Virus record (IMG/VR): IMGVR_UViG_3300035665_000120
Span: 1 to 37,600 of that record
Reading direction: 5' to 3' (one strand)
Source of the DNA: a virus
Lineage: Duplodnaviria; Caudoviricetes
Length of the DNA: 37,600 nt
The notes under the pieces were generated by a model. It had not been told where the DNA came from, searched no databases, and saw only the letters and a program-made list of their open reading frames with translations. How positions within the stretch are numbered: position 1 is the stretch's first letter; each line of letters opens with the position of its first letter. Of the stretch, positions 15,278 through 23,483 are shown piece after piece. The position numbers and the translations under genes are program-made.

Positions 15278-16045
15278 TCAGAATGGGGCTGGTCCGTTGT
15301 CCACGACACCTTCGCCTTCATGCTTGACCTTGACTTCGCCTGCACTGATCTGTGAGGCAAAGGACTTGGCGGCCTGATACTGATTCATATCCTGGATCGG
15401 GCCGATCTTCTCGATCTCCCATCCGTACCACTTGCCCTTGTCGTTAGACTCGGCCTGAGTGGTCAGTCGATACACATGGCTGTACATCGGGGGCGTGTAC
15501 GGACCGTTCTTACCCATGAGCTTGGTGCTCATCATCATGCTGTTCCACTTGCGCGACTTCTTCAGTTGCGTGGACTTCATGACGATCAAGGCAGGCTCAG
15601 GGATGCCCGCATCGTTGACGACCATCACGTAGTGATTGGCCGTGTTCTCGATGTAGTTGCCACTGTCCAGATAGTCCTTGTTGTCCCCCGGCTCCCGGTG
15701 GGTGCGGGTGAGGATGTCGGACGTTGCCGGATAGATTGCAATCGGTGCGCCGCTGCCCGAGCCGCGAGGGGCCCATTCAATGTACTGGCGCACATAGGCC
15801 ACCGGGATGACGGTGATGCCTTTCTTGCCATCGTAGATTTCGCCAGTGACGCTGTTCATCACGCAGCCGGGCATCGCACCTTCGACCTCGCCCACTTCAG
15901 GGCTGGTGCTGGTGAGCAGCTTGAGGAACGGGAGAGCAAAGTCCTCCTGCCCCATACCGTCAAAGCCTCTGTTCGCGTCCTGTTCAAAGTCACCGCCCAA
16001 AGCGACGGCATATTCTTTTTTCTCGACTACCTCATTCTTGGCCAT
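15278..16045 (-). CDS. Putative single-stranded DNA-binding protein
   Basis: Lies in the replication operon; D..LP.L.L, EW.P, KSTQ.K.SRKWN, G.WYGW; acidic tail ending in PF. Confidence 0.65.
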   Translation of the reverse strand: MAKNEVVEKKEYAVALGGDFEQDANRGFDGMGQEDFALPFLKLLTSTSPEVGEVEGAMPGCVMNSVTGEIYDGKKGITVIPVAYVRQYIEWAPRGSGSGAPIAIYPATSDILTRTHREPGDNKDYLDSGNYIENTANHYVMVVNDAGIPEPALIVMKSTQLKKSRKWNSMMMSTKLMGKNGPYTPPMYSHVYRLTTQAESNDKGKWYGWEIEKIGPIQDMNQYQAAKSFASQISAGEVKVKHEGEGVVDNGPAPF

Positions 16046-16061
16046 GATTAATTTCCTTGTT

Positions 16062-16619
16062 TCACGCTGATTTGATGGTTGCTCTTTGGCCAACGTAGAC
16101 ACCAAAGAGTTCTGTGGGGAATTCGCTTCCGCGTTCCACCTGCTCGCGAACCCAGGCCTTAAGGGTCTGGGGTTCGATCTTCTGCGCCTGCTCCACAGGA
16201 TAGTTTTGCTCGCGCAGTTGATTCAAAAGTGACTCGCACAGCTTGTCCTCATTGCGGCCAAACCGTACTGACACAGTGTTCTTGATAATGTCGTCGTACC
16301 CGTGCTCACGCAGCCACTCATACGCCTGCGCCCGCTTCTCCTCGGGGATGCTGGCGCTGTAGAACGGTTTGACAACGATTTCGCTGCCATCTGTCATGGT
16401 GAACTTAGACATGCCCAGTTCTTGCAGCATCGCGGGGATCGCCTCCTCCATCATCTTGCGCTGCTGCTCTTTGCGTTCCTTGAGCACCGACTCCATGTCG
16501 AGGATTTCCTTCTCAAGCTCTTTGGCCCGCTTGGCCAAAGCGCCGACAGAAGACAGGTCCTCGTTCTTGATGGTCAGGGCGTCTGCGTCCTGCTCAAATA
16601 TGCTGTTGATGTCAGTCAT
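16062..16619 (-). CDS. Conserved replication-module coiled-coil protein
   Basis: IP.ML.E.G...F...DG, A..WLRE.G..DIIK, TLKAWVRE; start trimmed to the ATG at 16619. Confidence 0.75.
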   Translation of the reverse strand: MTDINSIFEQDADALTIKNEDLSSVGALAKRAKELEKEILDMESVLKERKEQQRKMMEEAIPAMLQELGMSKFTMTDGSEIVVKPFYSASIPEEKRAQAYEWLREHGYDDIIKNTVSVRFGRNEDKLCESLLNQLREQNYPVEQAQKIEPQTLKAWVREQVERGSEFPTELFGVYVGQRATIKSA

Positions 16620-16941
16620 CTCTTTCTCCATTCTCGGTAACATCGATCTTGACGGGGATGTACAGCTTCTCACGCCGGTCCCACTTCAAGGCTGTGTATC
16701 GGCCAGAGTTATAGAAAGCAGCTATCGAGCAGGCCAAGCCGATAGCCACGGGGTCGCCTGTGAGCAACAGGGCATCCCCTTCCTTGTAGTCCCGCAGCTT
16801 GCGCCTCAAGGTGCGAACAGTAGGGACCGTGCTGAAAGCAATTTGCGTGTTGGAGGGCAGCAAAACCTTGATCTCCCCGAAGCGCATGGCGGCGGAAATA
16901 TCATGGTTGGGCATCTCTTGCACAACGTATACGGTAGGCAT
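16612..16941 (-). CDS. Small alpha/beta hypothetical protein (LLLTGDP, LKWDR), first gene of the replication operon
   Basis: ATG at 16941 after GAAAGGAG. Confidence 0.75.
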   Translation of the reverse strand: MPTVYVVQEMPNHDISAAMRFGEIKVLLPSNTQIAFSTVPTVRTLRRKLRDYKEGDALLLTGDPVAIGLACSIAAFYNSGRYTALKWDRREKLYIPVKIDVTENGERDD

Positions 16942-16973
16942 GTTTACATTCTCCTTTCTCAAACCGTGCGCTC

Positions 16974-17001
16974 AGTGTACACTACTTCCCGGGCATGTCA
17001 A
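16974..17001 (-). promoter_or_regulatory. Sigma70 promoter for the replication operon; palindromic -10 may be bidirectional
   Basis: TTGACA (16996-17001)-N16-TACACT (16974-16979). AGTGTACACT palindrome at 16974-16983. Confidence 0.7.
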
Positions 17002-17030
17002 GCCCCGCAACCACAGAAAGGAAGAGAGCC

Positions 17031-18482
17031 GTGGACTACTTTTTGGAAAAGTACCCGTTTAAGAACAAGCCGTACCTTCATCAGGCCGCGTACCTGCAAC
17101 GATTCTGGGAAGACCCAGCGGTTGCTCTGTTCGCAGACATGGGCACTGGCAAGAGCTTCATGCTCATCAACAACGCCGCCATGCTCTACGACAAGGGCAA
17201 GATCAACGCCATGCTGGTCGTGGCCCCGAAGGGCGTCTATCGTAACTGGTATACCGGGCAAATACCAGAGCACATGCCCGAGCATGTGTCCTACACGATG
17301 GCGTGCTGGTCTCCTACGCCGAAGAAAGCCGAGCGGGCGGAAATGGACAAGATGCTCAACGCCACCGATACGCTGCGTATCTTGGTCATGAACGTCGAGG
17401 CATTCAGCACGGAGAAGGGCGCGGCATTCGCTCGCACCTTCCTGCGGGTGACGACAGCCTACATGGCCATCGACGAGAGCACCACCATCAAAACGCCTCA
17501 GTCCAAGCGCAGCAAGAACCTCGTCAAGATTGGCCGTGATGCGCGGTACAGGAGGATTGCAACGGGCTCCCCGGTGACCAAGAGCCCGCTGGACCTCTTC
17601 AGCCAGTGCTTCTTCCTCTCCCCCGACTACCTGGGCTACGACAGCTTCTACGCCTTCCAGGCCCGGTACGCCATGATGATTGAGCGCAAGCTGGCGACCC
17701 ACACCTTCCGCCAGATTGTGGGCTACCGGCACTTGGATGAGTTGCACCAGAAGCTGGGCACCTTCAGCTTCCGGGTGACCAAGGACGAGTGCCTGGACCT
17801 GCCCGACAAGGTATTCACGCGGCGCGAGATTGAATTGACCGAGGAGCAGCGCAAGGCCTACGACCAGATGAAGCTGATGGCGCTCACGCTGATCGACGGC
17901 AACCTCATGTCGACCAACAATGCTCTGACCCAGATCATGCGGCTGCACCAGATCGTTTGCGGGCACGTAAAGTTCGACGATGGTCGGCAGGAGGACCTGC
18001 CCAACAACCGGGTCAAGGAACTGCTGGCAACCGTCGAGGAGTGCAACGGCAAAGTCATCATCTGGGCCAACTACCGCCGGGACATCGAGAACATCAAGAA
18101 TGCCCTGGCCGAGGAGCACGGTATGACCACCGTGGCGACCTACTACGGCGACACGGAGGCAGAGGACCGACAGGAAATCGTCACACGCTTCCAGGACCCC
18201 AACAGCGGCCTGCGCTTTTTTGTCGGCAACCCCCGCACGGGCGGCTACGGCCTGACGCTGACAGCGGCGCACACCGTGATCTACTACAGCAACAACTTCG
18301 ACTTGGAAGTGCGGCTGCAGAGTGAGGACCGGGCCCACCGGATTGGCCAGACCAACAAGGTGACCTACATCGACTTCATCAGCCCGGGCACCGTCGACGA
18401 ACACATCGTCAAGGCTCTGCGCAGCAAGATCAACATCGCCTCGCAAGTGCTGGGCGAAGAACTCAAGGAGTGGATTAAATGA
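17031..18482 (+). CDS. SNF2-family (SF2) helicase/ATPase
   Basis: ALFADMGTGKS, IDEST, TGSP, GGYGLTL, QSEDRAHRIGQ. GTG start after AGAAAGGA. Confidence 0.92.
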   Translation: MDYFLEKYPFKNKPYLHQAAYLQRFWEDPAVALFADMGTGKSFMLINNAAMLYDKGKINAMLVVAPKGVYRNWYTGQIPEHMPEHVSYTMACWSPTPKKAERAEMDKMLNATDTLRILVMNVEAFSTEKGAAFARTFLRVTTAYMAIDESTTIKTPQSKRSKNLVKIGRDARYRRIATGSPVTKSPLDLFSQCFFLSPDYLGYDSFYAFQARYAMMIERKLATHTFRQIVGYRHLDELHQKLGTFSFRVTKDECLDLPDKVFTRREIELTEEQRKAYDQMKLMALTLIDGNLMSTNNALTQIMRLHQIVCGHVKFDDGRQEDLPNNRVKELLATVEECNGKVIIWANYRRDIENIKNALAEEHGMTTVATYYGDTEAEDRQEIVTRFQDPNSGLRFFVGNPRTGGYGLTLTAAHTVIYYSNNFDLEVRLQSEDRAHRIGQTNKVTYIDFISPGTVDEHIVKALRSKINIASQVLGEELKEWIK

Positions 18483-19195
18483 TGCTGGTGCCCGTCCGCC
18501 GCAAGTACGTCTACAAGCGCCTCGAGCGCCTCGACAGGTCCTCGGGCCGCGTTTATCGCATCGATGGCGAGGACATCCCGATGCCCAGCGTCACGACCAT
18601 CCTCAATGAGACCAAGGACCGCAGCAGCCTTAAAGCCTGGGAAGAGCAGGTAGGCAAGGAAGCGGCCGAGCGCATCAGGAACGAGGCGGCCACCATCGGC
18701 ACCCACATGCATGGCGTCATCGAGCGATTGCTGCTAGAGCGGCCGCTGGACATCCCCAGAACGTGGCAGCAGGTCAGGGGCTACTGGATGGGCTACAAGC
18801 TCATCGAGCACTTCTTTCCGCATGTCAACGAAGTGTGGGGCGCGGAGGTGTCGCTGTATGTGCCAAGCACATACGCCGGCACTTCTGACTGCGTGGGCGT
18901 CTACAAGAACAAGCCCAGCATCATAGACTTCAAGCAGACCAACAAGCCCAAGAAGCGCGAGTGGATTGAGGATTACTTCCTACAGCTTGCCGCGTATGCG
19001 GTTGCACACGACAAGGTGCATGGCACCAAGATCGATCAGGGCGTGGTGATGATGATGAGTCAGGCCGGAGAGCCGCAGGAGTTTGTCACCGCCGGCCGCG
19101 AATTCGACGAGTACAAGGACAAGTGGTGGCGGCGCGTGGAGCAGTACCAAAAAATAGGCCGGGAGGGCCAGCCTCCCGGCCAAAGTGCCATCTAG
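18479..19195 (+). CDS. PD-(D/E)xK exonuclease (lambda-exo/MGME1-like)
   Basis: PSVTTIL, GT.MH, E......YAGTSD, IIDFKQ, QLAAY. Confidence 0.88.
   Translation: MMLVPVRRKYVYKRLERLDRSSGRVYRIDGEDIPMPSVTTILNETKDRSSLKAWEEQVGKEAAERIRNEAATIGTHMHGVIERLLLERPLDIPRTWQQVRGYWMGYKLIEHFFPHVNEVWGAEVSLYVPSTYAGTSDCVGVYKNKPSIIDFKQTNKPKKREWIEDYFLQLAAYAVAHDKVHGTKIDQGVVMMMSQAGEPQEFVTAGREFDEYKDKWWRRVEQYQKIGREGQPPGQSAI
19149..19181 (-). terminator. Intrinsic terminator of the late operon, embedded in the 3' end of the exonuclease gene
   Basis: 10-bp stem GGCCGGGAGG/CCTCCCGGCC (19157-19181) followed on the minus strand by TATTTTTT. Confidence 0.7.
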
Positions 19196-19250
19196 GGGTG
19201 GAGACGCCCCGAGGAAGTGAAGATGGCAACTGCAATCAATGGGGGGGAGT

Positions 19251-19520
19251 TTACTTCTTCCCCAGCTTCTCGCGTTCTTCCAGCAGCCGGACCTTGACCT
19301 GAAGCTCGTTGATGTGCTGCATCATCTGCTCTTTTTGTATGGCCCTGCGCTCGGCGCTGATCGGACTGTCGGTGGGGATGCCCTCTTTGGTAATGAGAGC
19401 AGGCATCTGCCCCTCGATCTTTGTCAGACGCTCTGAGAAGGACGCGACCTGTCCCAGCAGCCAAGCCAAAGCGGCCACCACAATTGGGATGACGGCCTTG
19501 AGTACGTCTGACCAAGCCAT
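19251..19520 (-). CDS. Small membrane protein (N-terminal TM plus coiled coil)
   Basis: VIPIVVAALAWLL hydrophobic segment; TAATG overlap. Confidence 0.75.
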   Translation of the reverse strand: MAWSDVLKAVIPIVVAALAWLLGQVASFSERLTKIEGQMPALITKEGIPTDSPISAERRAIQKEQMMQHINELQVKVRLLEEREKLGKK

Positions 19521-19681
19521 TACTTCTTCCTTGCCGCCCGCATGTTGTCCACCAGATTGGGGTAGGGCCGGCCGGCTTTTTTGGCCATGGCCTTCGCCGC
19601 GCTCTTCTTAGCAGGGCTCATCTTCTTGGGCTTGCCGATGTCCGTGGGCCGTGGTTTGTCCCACACAGGTTTTTTCATCAT
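19520..19681 (-). CDS. Small, very basic protein (53 aa)
   Basis: MMKKPVWDKPRP...AKAMAKKAGRPYPNLVDNM; GAGG RBS. Confidence 0.75.
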   Translation of the reverse strand: MMKKPVWDKPRPTDIGKPKKMSPAKKSAAKAMAKKAGRPYPNLVDNMRAARKK

Positions 19682-19683
19682 GA

Positions 19684-20058
19684 TTACCTCAACTTCCTGA
19701 GTTTGTACAACGTGCTTAAAAACGTCTCGATGGCCCCATCGATGAGATTTTGAATCGGGCTGTCTTTCTTGTCCACCGCATCGTAGCGAAGCTTCTCGAT
19801 GTCGTCGAGCATCTTCTCCAGGGCTTTGATGCAATCCGGCTCATCGGGCATGTTTAGGTACGGAATGTCCAAGATCACATCATGCCGCCCCTGGTACGCC
19901 TCGGTGATTGTGTCGGCGTGGTCAATGATGGCTTCGTAGAACTCGCCCAGGGCGGAGTGCTTGGCAAAGCTACCGGGTCCGGTGACGCTCAAGTGCGCCC
20001 GGTGCGCGTACTCCCGAGCCAAGAACATAGTTCCAACCAGACGGCCAATCATTTCCAT
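19684..20058 (-). CDS. Ferritin/Dps-like four-helix protein (DUF5856-like)
   Basis: H..HL....FAKH.AL.EFY......D...E.YQG and N..D.......LYKL. Confidence 0.75.
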   Translation of the reverse strand: MEMIGRLVGTMFLAREYAHRAHLSVTGPGSFAKHSALGEFYEAIIDHADTITEAYQGRHDVILDIPYLNMPDEPDCIKALEKMLDDIEKLRYDAVDKKDSPIQNLIDGAIETFLSTLYKLRKLR

Positions 20059-20069
20059 AAACTACTCCA

Positions 20070-23000
20070 TCACTGTTGCGGCTGTGCGGGCTGCATCGCC
20101 GCTTGGCGCTGCATCAGAAGTCCGCTTATCGGGTCGTTGGGGAACATCGCAGGATACATCAACGGAATCTGTTTCTGCGCTGGTGCAGCAGGCTTTGTCG
20201 TAGGCAGGCGGAAGTTGGGCTCGTAACCGCGAGTTGGTGGAGCGGGCGGTAGCGTGCGCAGCATCTGGCTTGCAGAAGCGCGGGGCACCACGGGCTGGCC
20301 CTCCATGCCTTGCAAGGGGGTGGTCTGCCCTTCGCGCTCAAGATCGGTAATCTCGCGAGGAATTGCTCGAGTAGTGGCTGCAACTGCGGGCCTGCCAAAA
20401 ATCATTTCCTTGCTGATACCGATGTCCTGCAACTGCTTGAGGACCTTCTCACCATCTTTGGGCGTGGCGATGTTGGTGATGCCCCGAGCAAACTCAGGGC
20501 TCTCCAAGGCCTTGGTGAAGATGCGTTTGTAGAGCTCGTTCTCCAGGCTGCCCGTCATCCGAACCATCAGTGCCAGAGCGCCGGTCTCAGGAGCGATCCT
20601 GCCTACTGCTGCCTCGCGGCCCGTGGTTGTAAGAAATTGAATACCAAAACCAAAAACCCGCTTAGCTGCTTGATCAAGCGACTCAAACGCCGGAATCTGC
20701 CCGGTTACGTTGGCAAATGCATTGACACGGCGCTGCAGATCAGCAAGCTTCTTGAGGTCATCGAGATGCCCGGTGCCACCAAAAAGAACCCGCAATGATT
20801 TCTCGTTGTTATCCAAGAAGGATTTGAGCGCCCCTCCACCCCTCACTCCTTCCCCTGCAAGCTCATAGACGGATCGTCGAAGAGCAGCAATTTGCTCGGG
20901 GTTGCTGCTCATTGCGTCAACCAACTTCCGCATGATCGCTGGATCACTGATCGCATCAGCAACAGATTGCTTGAAATCGGCATCCGGCCTTGAGGCGCGA
21001 GCAAGGACTCGATTAAGTTCGTTATCCTGCGCGGCAACCATGCGGCGATCAATCTCGCCCAGCCGAGCGACATAGTCGTTGGCCAGATTGAGTTCATCCT
21101 GCAGCTTTGCTTGGATGGGCTGCGGTAGCGCCTCGACAATGTTGCGGTTATTGTCGAGAACCCTGCGCATGAGCTTGGGATCAACCAAGCCCTCCTTGTT
21201 GACCACGCCCTTGCTGCGCAACCAATCAATCGTGCCGTTCGTCATCAGGCGCTGGGCCTGCTCATCATTGCCGAGGATGGTGGTTACGCTGCGCAGGTTT
21301 TCAACATTCTTAAATGCGTTGCGCATCAGGTCTTCGTTGGGCAGCAGATACTCCATGCCCCCGCGCTTAGCCTGCGTCATCAGCAAAGGCAGCGTCCGGT
21401 CGTAGGTGCTCTTGTAGTCATCAACCATGACCTTCAAGGCTTCGTACTCGCTCTTGAGCCGTGGTGCGCGGTCCAAGACAAGCTTCTCCACATCCTTGAA
21501 CACAGCGTTGCCTGTGTCGAGAATTCGCTGCGCATCGGTCTGGCGCACACGGCCCTTCAGCATCGCCGCGTTGTAGTCGTTAAGCGCATCGTTGCGGAAC
21601 CGTTGAGCCGCCGTCAAGTAGTCCAGGGCCTCCGGAATGTTGATGTCGATCTTCGTGCTGTCTGCAGCAACCCGAGCAGCGTCCTGGCGAATCTGCTGTG
21701 GATTGATCACGATCTTGCGACCAGGAATAACCGTGGGGATGGCGACATTGCCCTGAGCATCCGGAGTAGCAAGCTCCGTGAGCCCTGGAGTGCGGCGGCC
21801 GCCCCTAGGCTTATCCCCACGAACAAGAGATTGCACGGAGGCACGGATTGCCTTCATGATCTCAGGATCATCAAAGGCTTTGCTCATGCCAACAATCTGG
21901 CTGTCAATGGCCTCGTTGGTAAGGTCATTGAGCATCTGCGCTTCGAGCCTTTCGCGATTGCGAATCTGACTCTGCACAAAGTTGTCGAGCAGTCGGATAG
22001 GCTCAGGCACTGCCTGACGCATGGACGGGCGCTCGATCTTGTACTTGCTGATCAGCGCCAGCACCTGCTCTTCCATGTCCCTTGCATCGAAGAGCGATTT
22101 GCCCTGGTCGCGGGTGGGCAGCGGCGTTCCGTCAGGGGCCGTAGCCTGCTTGAGGCCAATGCGGGACAGGACGCTCTGACGCATCCGGTTGTCGGCTTCC
22201 ATAGAGGCCTGAATGACACCACGTAGCTCGTTGTTGAGCATGTTGATGTTCTGCGGGCCCAGGCGCTCGGAGATCGCCAAGATTTCTGCTTCGGTCAGGT
22301 CTTTCTTCTGCCGCATCAGATTCTCAAAGAAGGCCTGCCGGTCAGCCTGGGCAGCCTTAAATGCATCCATCACCGGAGTACGCGCCTCGGGGGACAAGTT
22401 GGCAAACAGGCGATCCAGCGCAGCTTGGTTCTGGCTGATGCGGGTTTTGACGCCCTCAAGGTCCTTCGGGCCCAACTGCTGCAGCAGCCGAAACTTCTCC
22501 TGCACCAGCGGCGTGTACATGGTGGTCTCGGCTGCGTCTAAAACAAACCCAGCTTCTGCAAAGCGCGGATCATTCATTGCAGCGCGAAGCGCAGCAAGCG
22601 CCTCTTGTGCGTCCTTGCTCTCTGCAATAGGCCCAAACACCTGCTCGAGCTTGCGCTCGGCGTTTTGGATCAGTTTTTTAGGCACGATGCGGACAATCGG
22701 GGCCCGCCAAAACTTAGGGGCGCTTTCTAAAACCTCTTGCTCAACATCCGTGAGCCGTGATCCAGGGCCGGTAAGTTGCTCTCTTGCAAACCCAACCGCC
22801 TTACCAGTAGGCGTCATCTGCGCCAGTTTCCCAGCGGCAGAAAAGCCCCCGGACAGAGCCAAGGGCAGTCCTACAAACGCAGCAGCAGGCAGCAGTTCCT
22901 TGAGCAGGGCCTTGGAGGGCTGGTCGTCGGAGACGTTTTCTTCCACCGCCTGACGCATGGTCTCGTAGCCCGCGCCAAACGCCATGTCCAGAGCAAGCGC

Positions 23001-23483
23001 CTTCTTCGGGCTCTTTGCAATCATGTCCATCGCGTCCTTGGCCACGGCCCGCATGACAGTTGGGGCAGGAGTAGCCACAGCCAGCGGAGTGCGCATGGCC
23101 GCAGCCGCGCCAAGAACTCCCGTAAAAGGCAGGCCCGCCCCCACCCCTTCGCCGGCGGCCCGGGAGTACCGCTCCAAAGAGTTACGGGGCGATACCTCGC
23201 CCCGGTTGAAGAACTTTGCAAACTGGAAGACTTGCTTGTCGTCCAGGCCCAGGCCTCGGCCGATGACTCGCTGCGCGGCATCGGGCAGTGCAAACAGGGC
23301 TGTGTTGAAGCCCCAGGAGGCTTGGTTGATCAGGCCCTTGACCTTGTCTGCGCCTTCCGTTACTTGGTCCGGGGCCCCTGCTTTGCGGGGCTCGGTTGCA
23401 ACAGGAGCGCCTTCTGCACGGCCGACGATCTCGCCCGTGTCGGCATCAACTACTTGGCCCTGGGTGTTGATGAAGGTTGGCAT
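20070..23483 (-). CDS. Large internal virion/ejection protein (1137 aa)
   Basis: Size, helical Ala/Gly-rich composition with hydrophobic patches, and position at the end of the structural operon. Confidence 0.65.
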   Translation of the reverse strand: MPTFINTQGQVVDADTGEIVGRAEGAPVATEPRKAGAPDQVTEGADKVKGLINQASWGFNTALFALPDAAQRVIGRGLGLDDKQVFQFAKFFNRGEVSPRNSLERYSRAAGEGVGAGLPFTGVLGAAAAMRTPLAVATPAPTVMRAVAKDAMDMIAKSPKKALALDMAFGAGYETMRQAVEENVSDDQPSKALLKELLPAAAFVGLPLALSGGFSAAGKLAQMTPTGKAVGFAREQLTGPGSRLTDVEQEVLESAPKFWRAPIVRIVPKKLIQNAERKLEQVFGPIAESKDAQEALAALRAAMNDPRFAEAGFVLDAAETTMYTPLVQEKFRLLQQLGPKDLEGVKTRISQNQAALDRLFANLSPEARTPVMDAFKAAQADRQAFFENLMRQKKDLTEAEILAISERLGPQNINMLNNELRGVIQASMEADNRMRQSVLSRIGLKQATAPDGTPLPTRDQGKSLFDARDMEEQVLALISKYKIERPSMRQAVPEPIRLLDNFVQSQIRNRERLEAQMLNDLTNEAIDSQIVGMSKAFDDPEIMKAIRASVQSLVRGDKPRGGRRTPGLTELATPDAQGNVAIPTVIPGRKIVINPQQIRQDAARVAADSTKIDINIPEALDYLTAAQRFRNDALNDYNAAMLKGRVRQTDAQRILDTGNAVFKDVEKLVLDRAPRLKSEYEALKVMVDDYKSTYDRTLPLLMTQAKRGGMEYLLPNEDLMRNAFKNVENLRSVTTILGNDEQAQRLMTNGTIDWLRSKGVVNKEGLVDPKLMRRVLDNNRNIVEALPQPIQAKLQDELNLANDYVARLGEIDRRMVAAQDNELNRVLARASRPDADFKQSVADAISDPAIMRKLVDAMSSNPEQIAALRRSVYELAGEGVRGGGALKSFLDNNEKSLRVLFGGTGHLDDLKKLADLQRRVNAFANVTGQIPAFESLDQAAKRVFGFGIQFLTTTGREAAVGRIAPETGALALMVRMTGSLENELYKRIFTKALESPEFARGITNIATPKDGEKVLKQLQDIGISKEMIFGRPAVAATTRAIPREITDLEREGQTTPLQGMEGQPVVPRASASQMLRTLPPAPPTRGYEPNFRLPTTKPAAPAQKQIPLMYPAMFPNDPISGLLMQRQAAMQPAQPQQ

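Noticed and set aside
16998-18446. 482-aa minus-strand ORF antisense to the SNF2 helicase
   Set aside because: In-register antisense shadow of a strongly biased gene.
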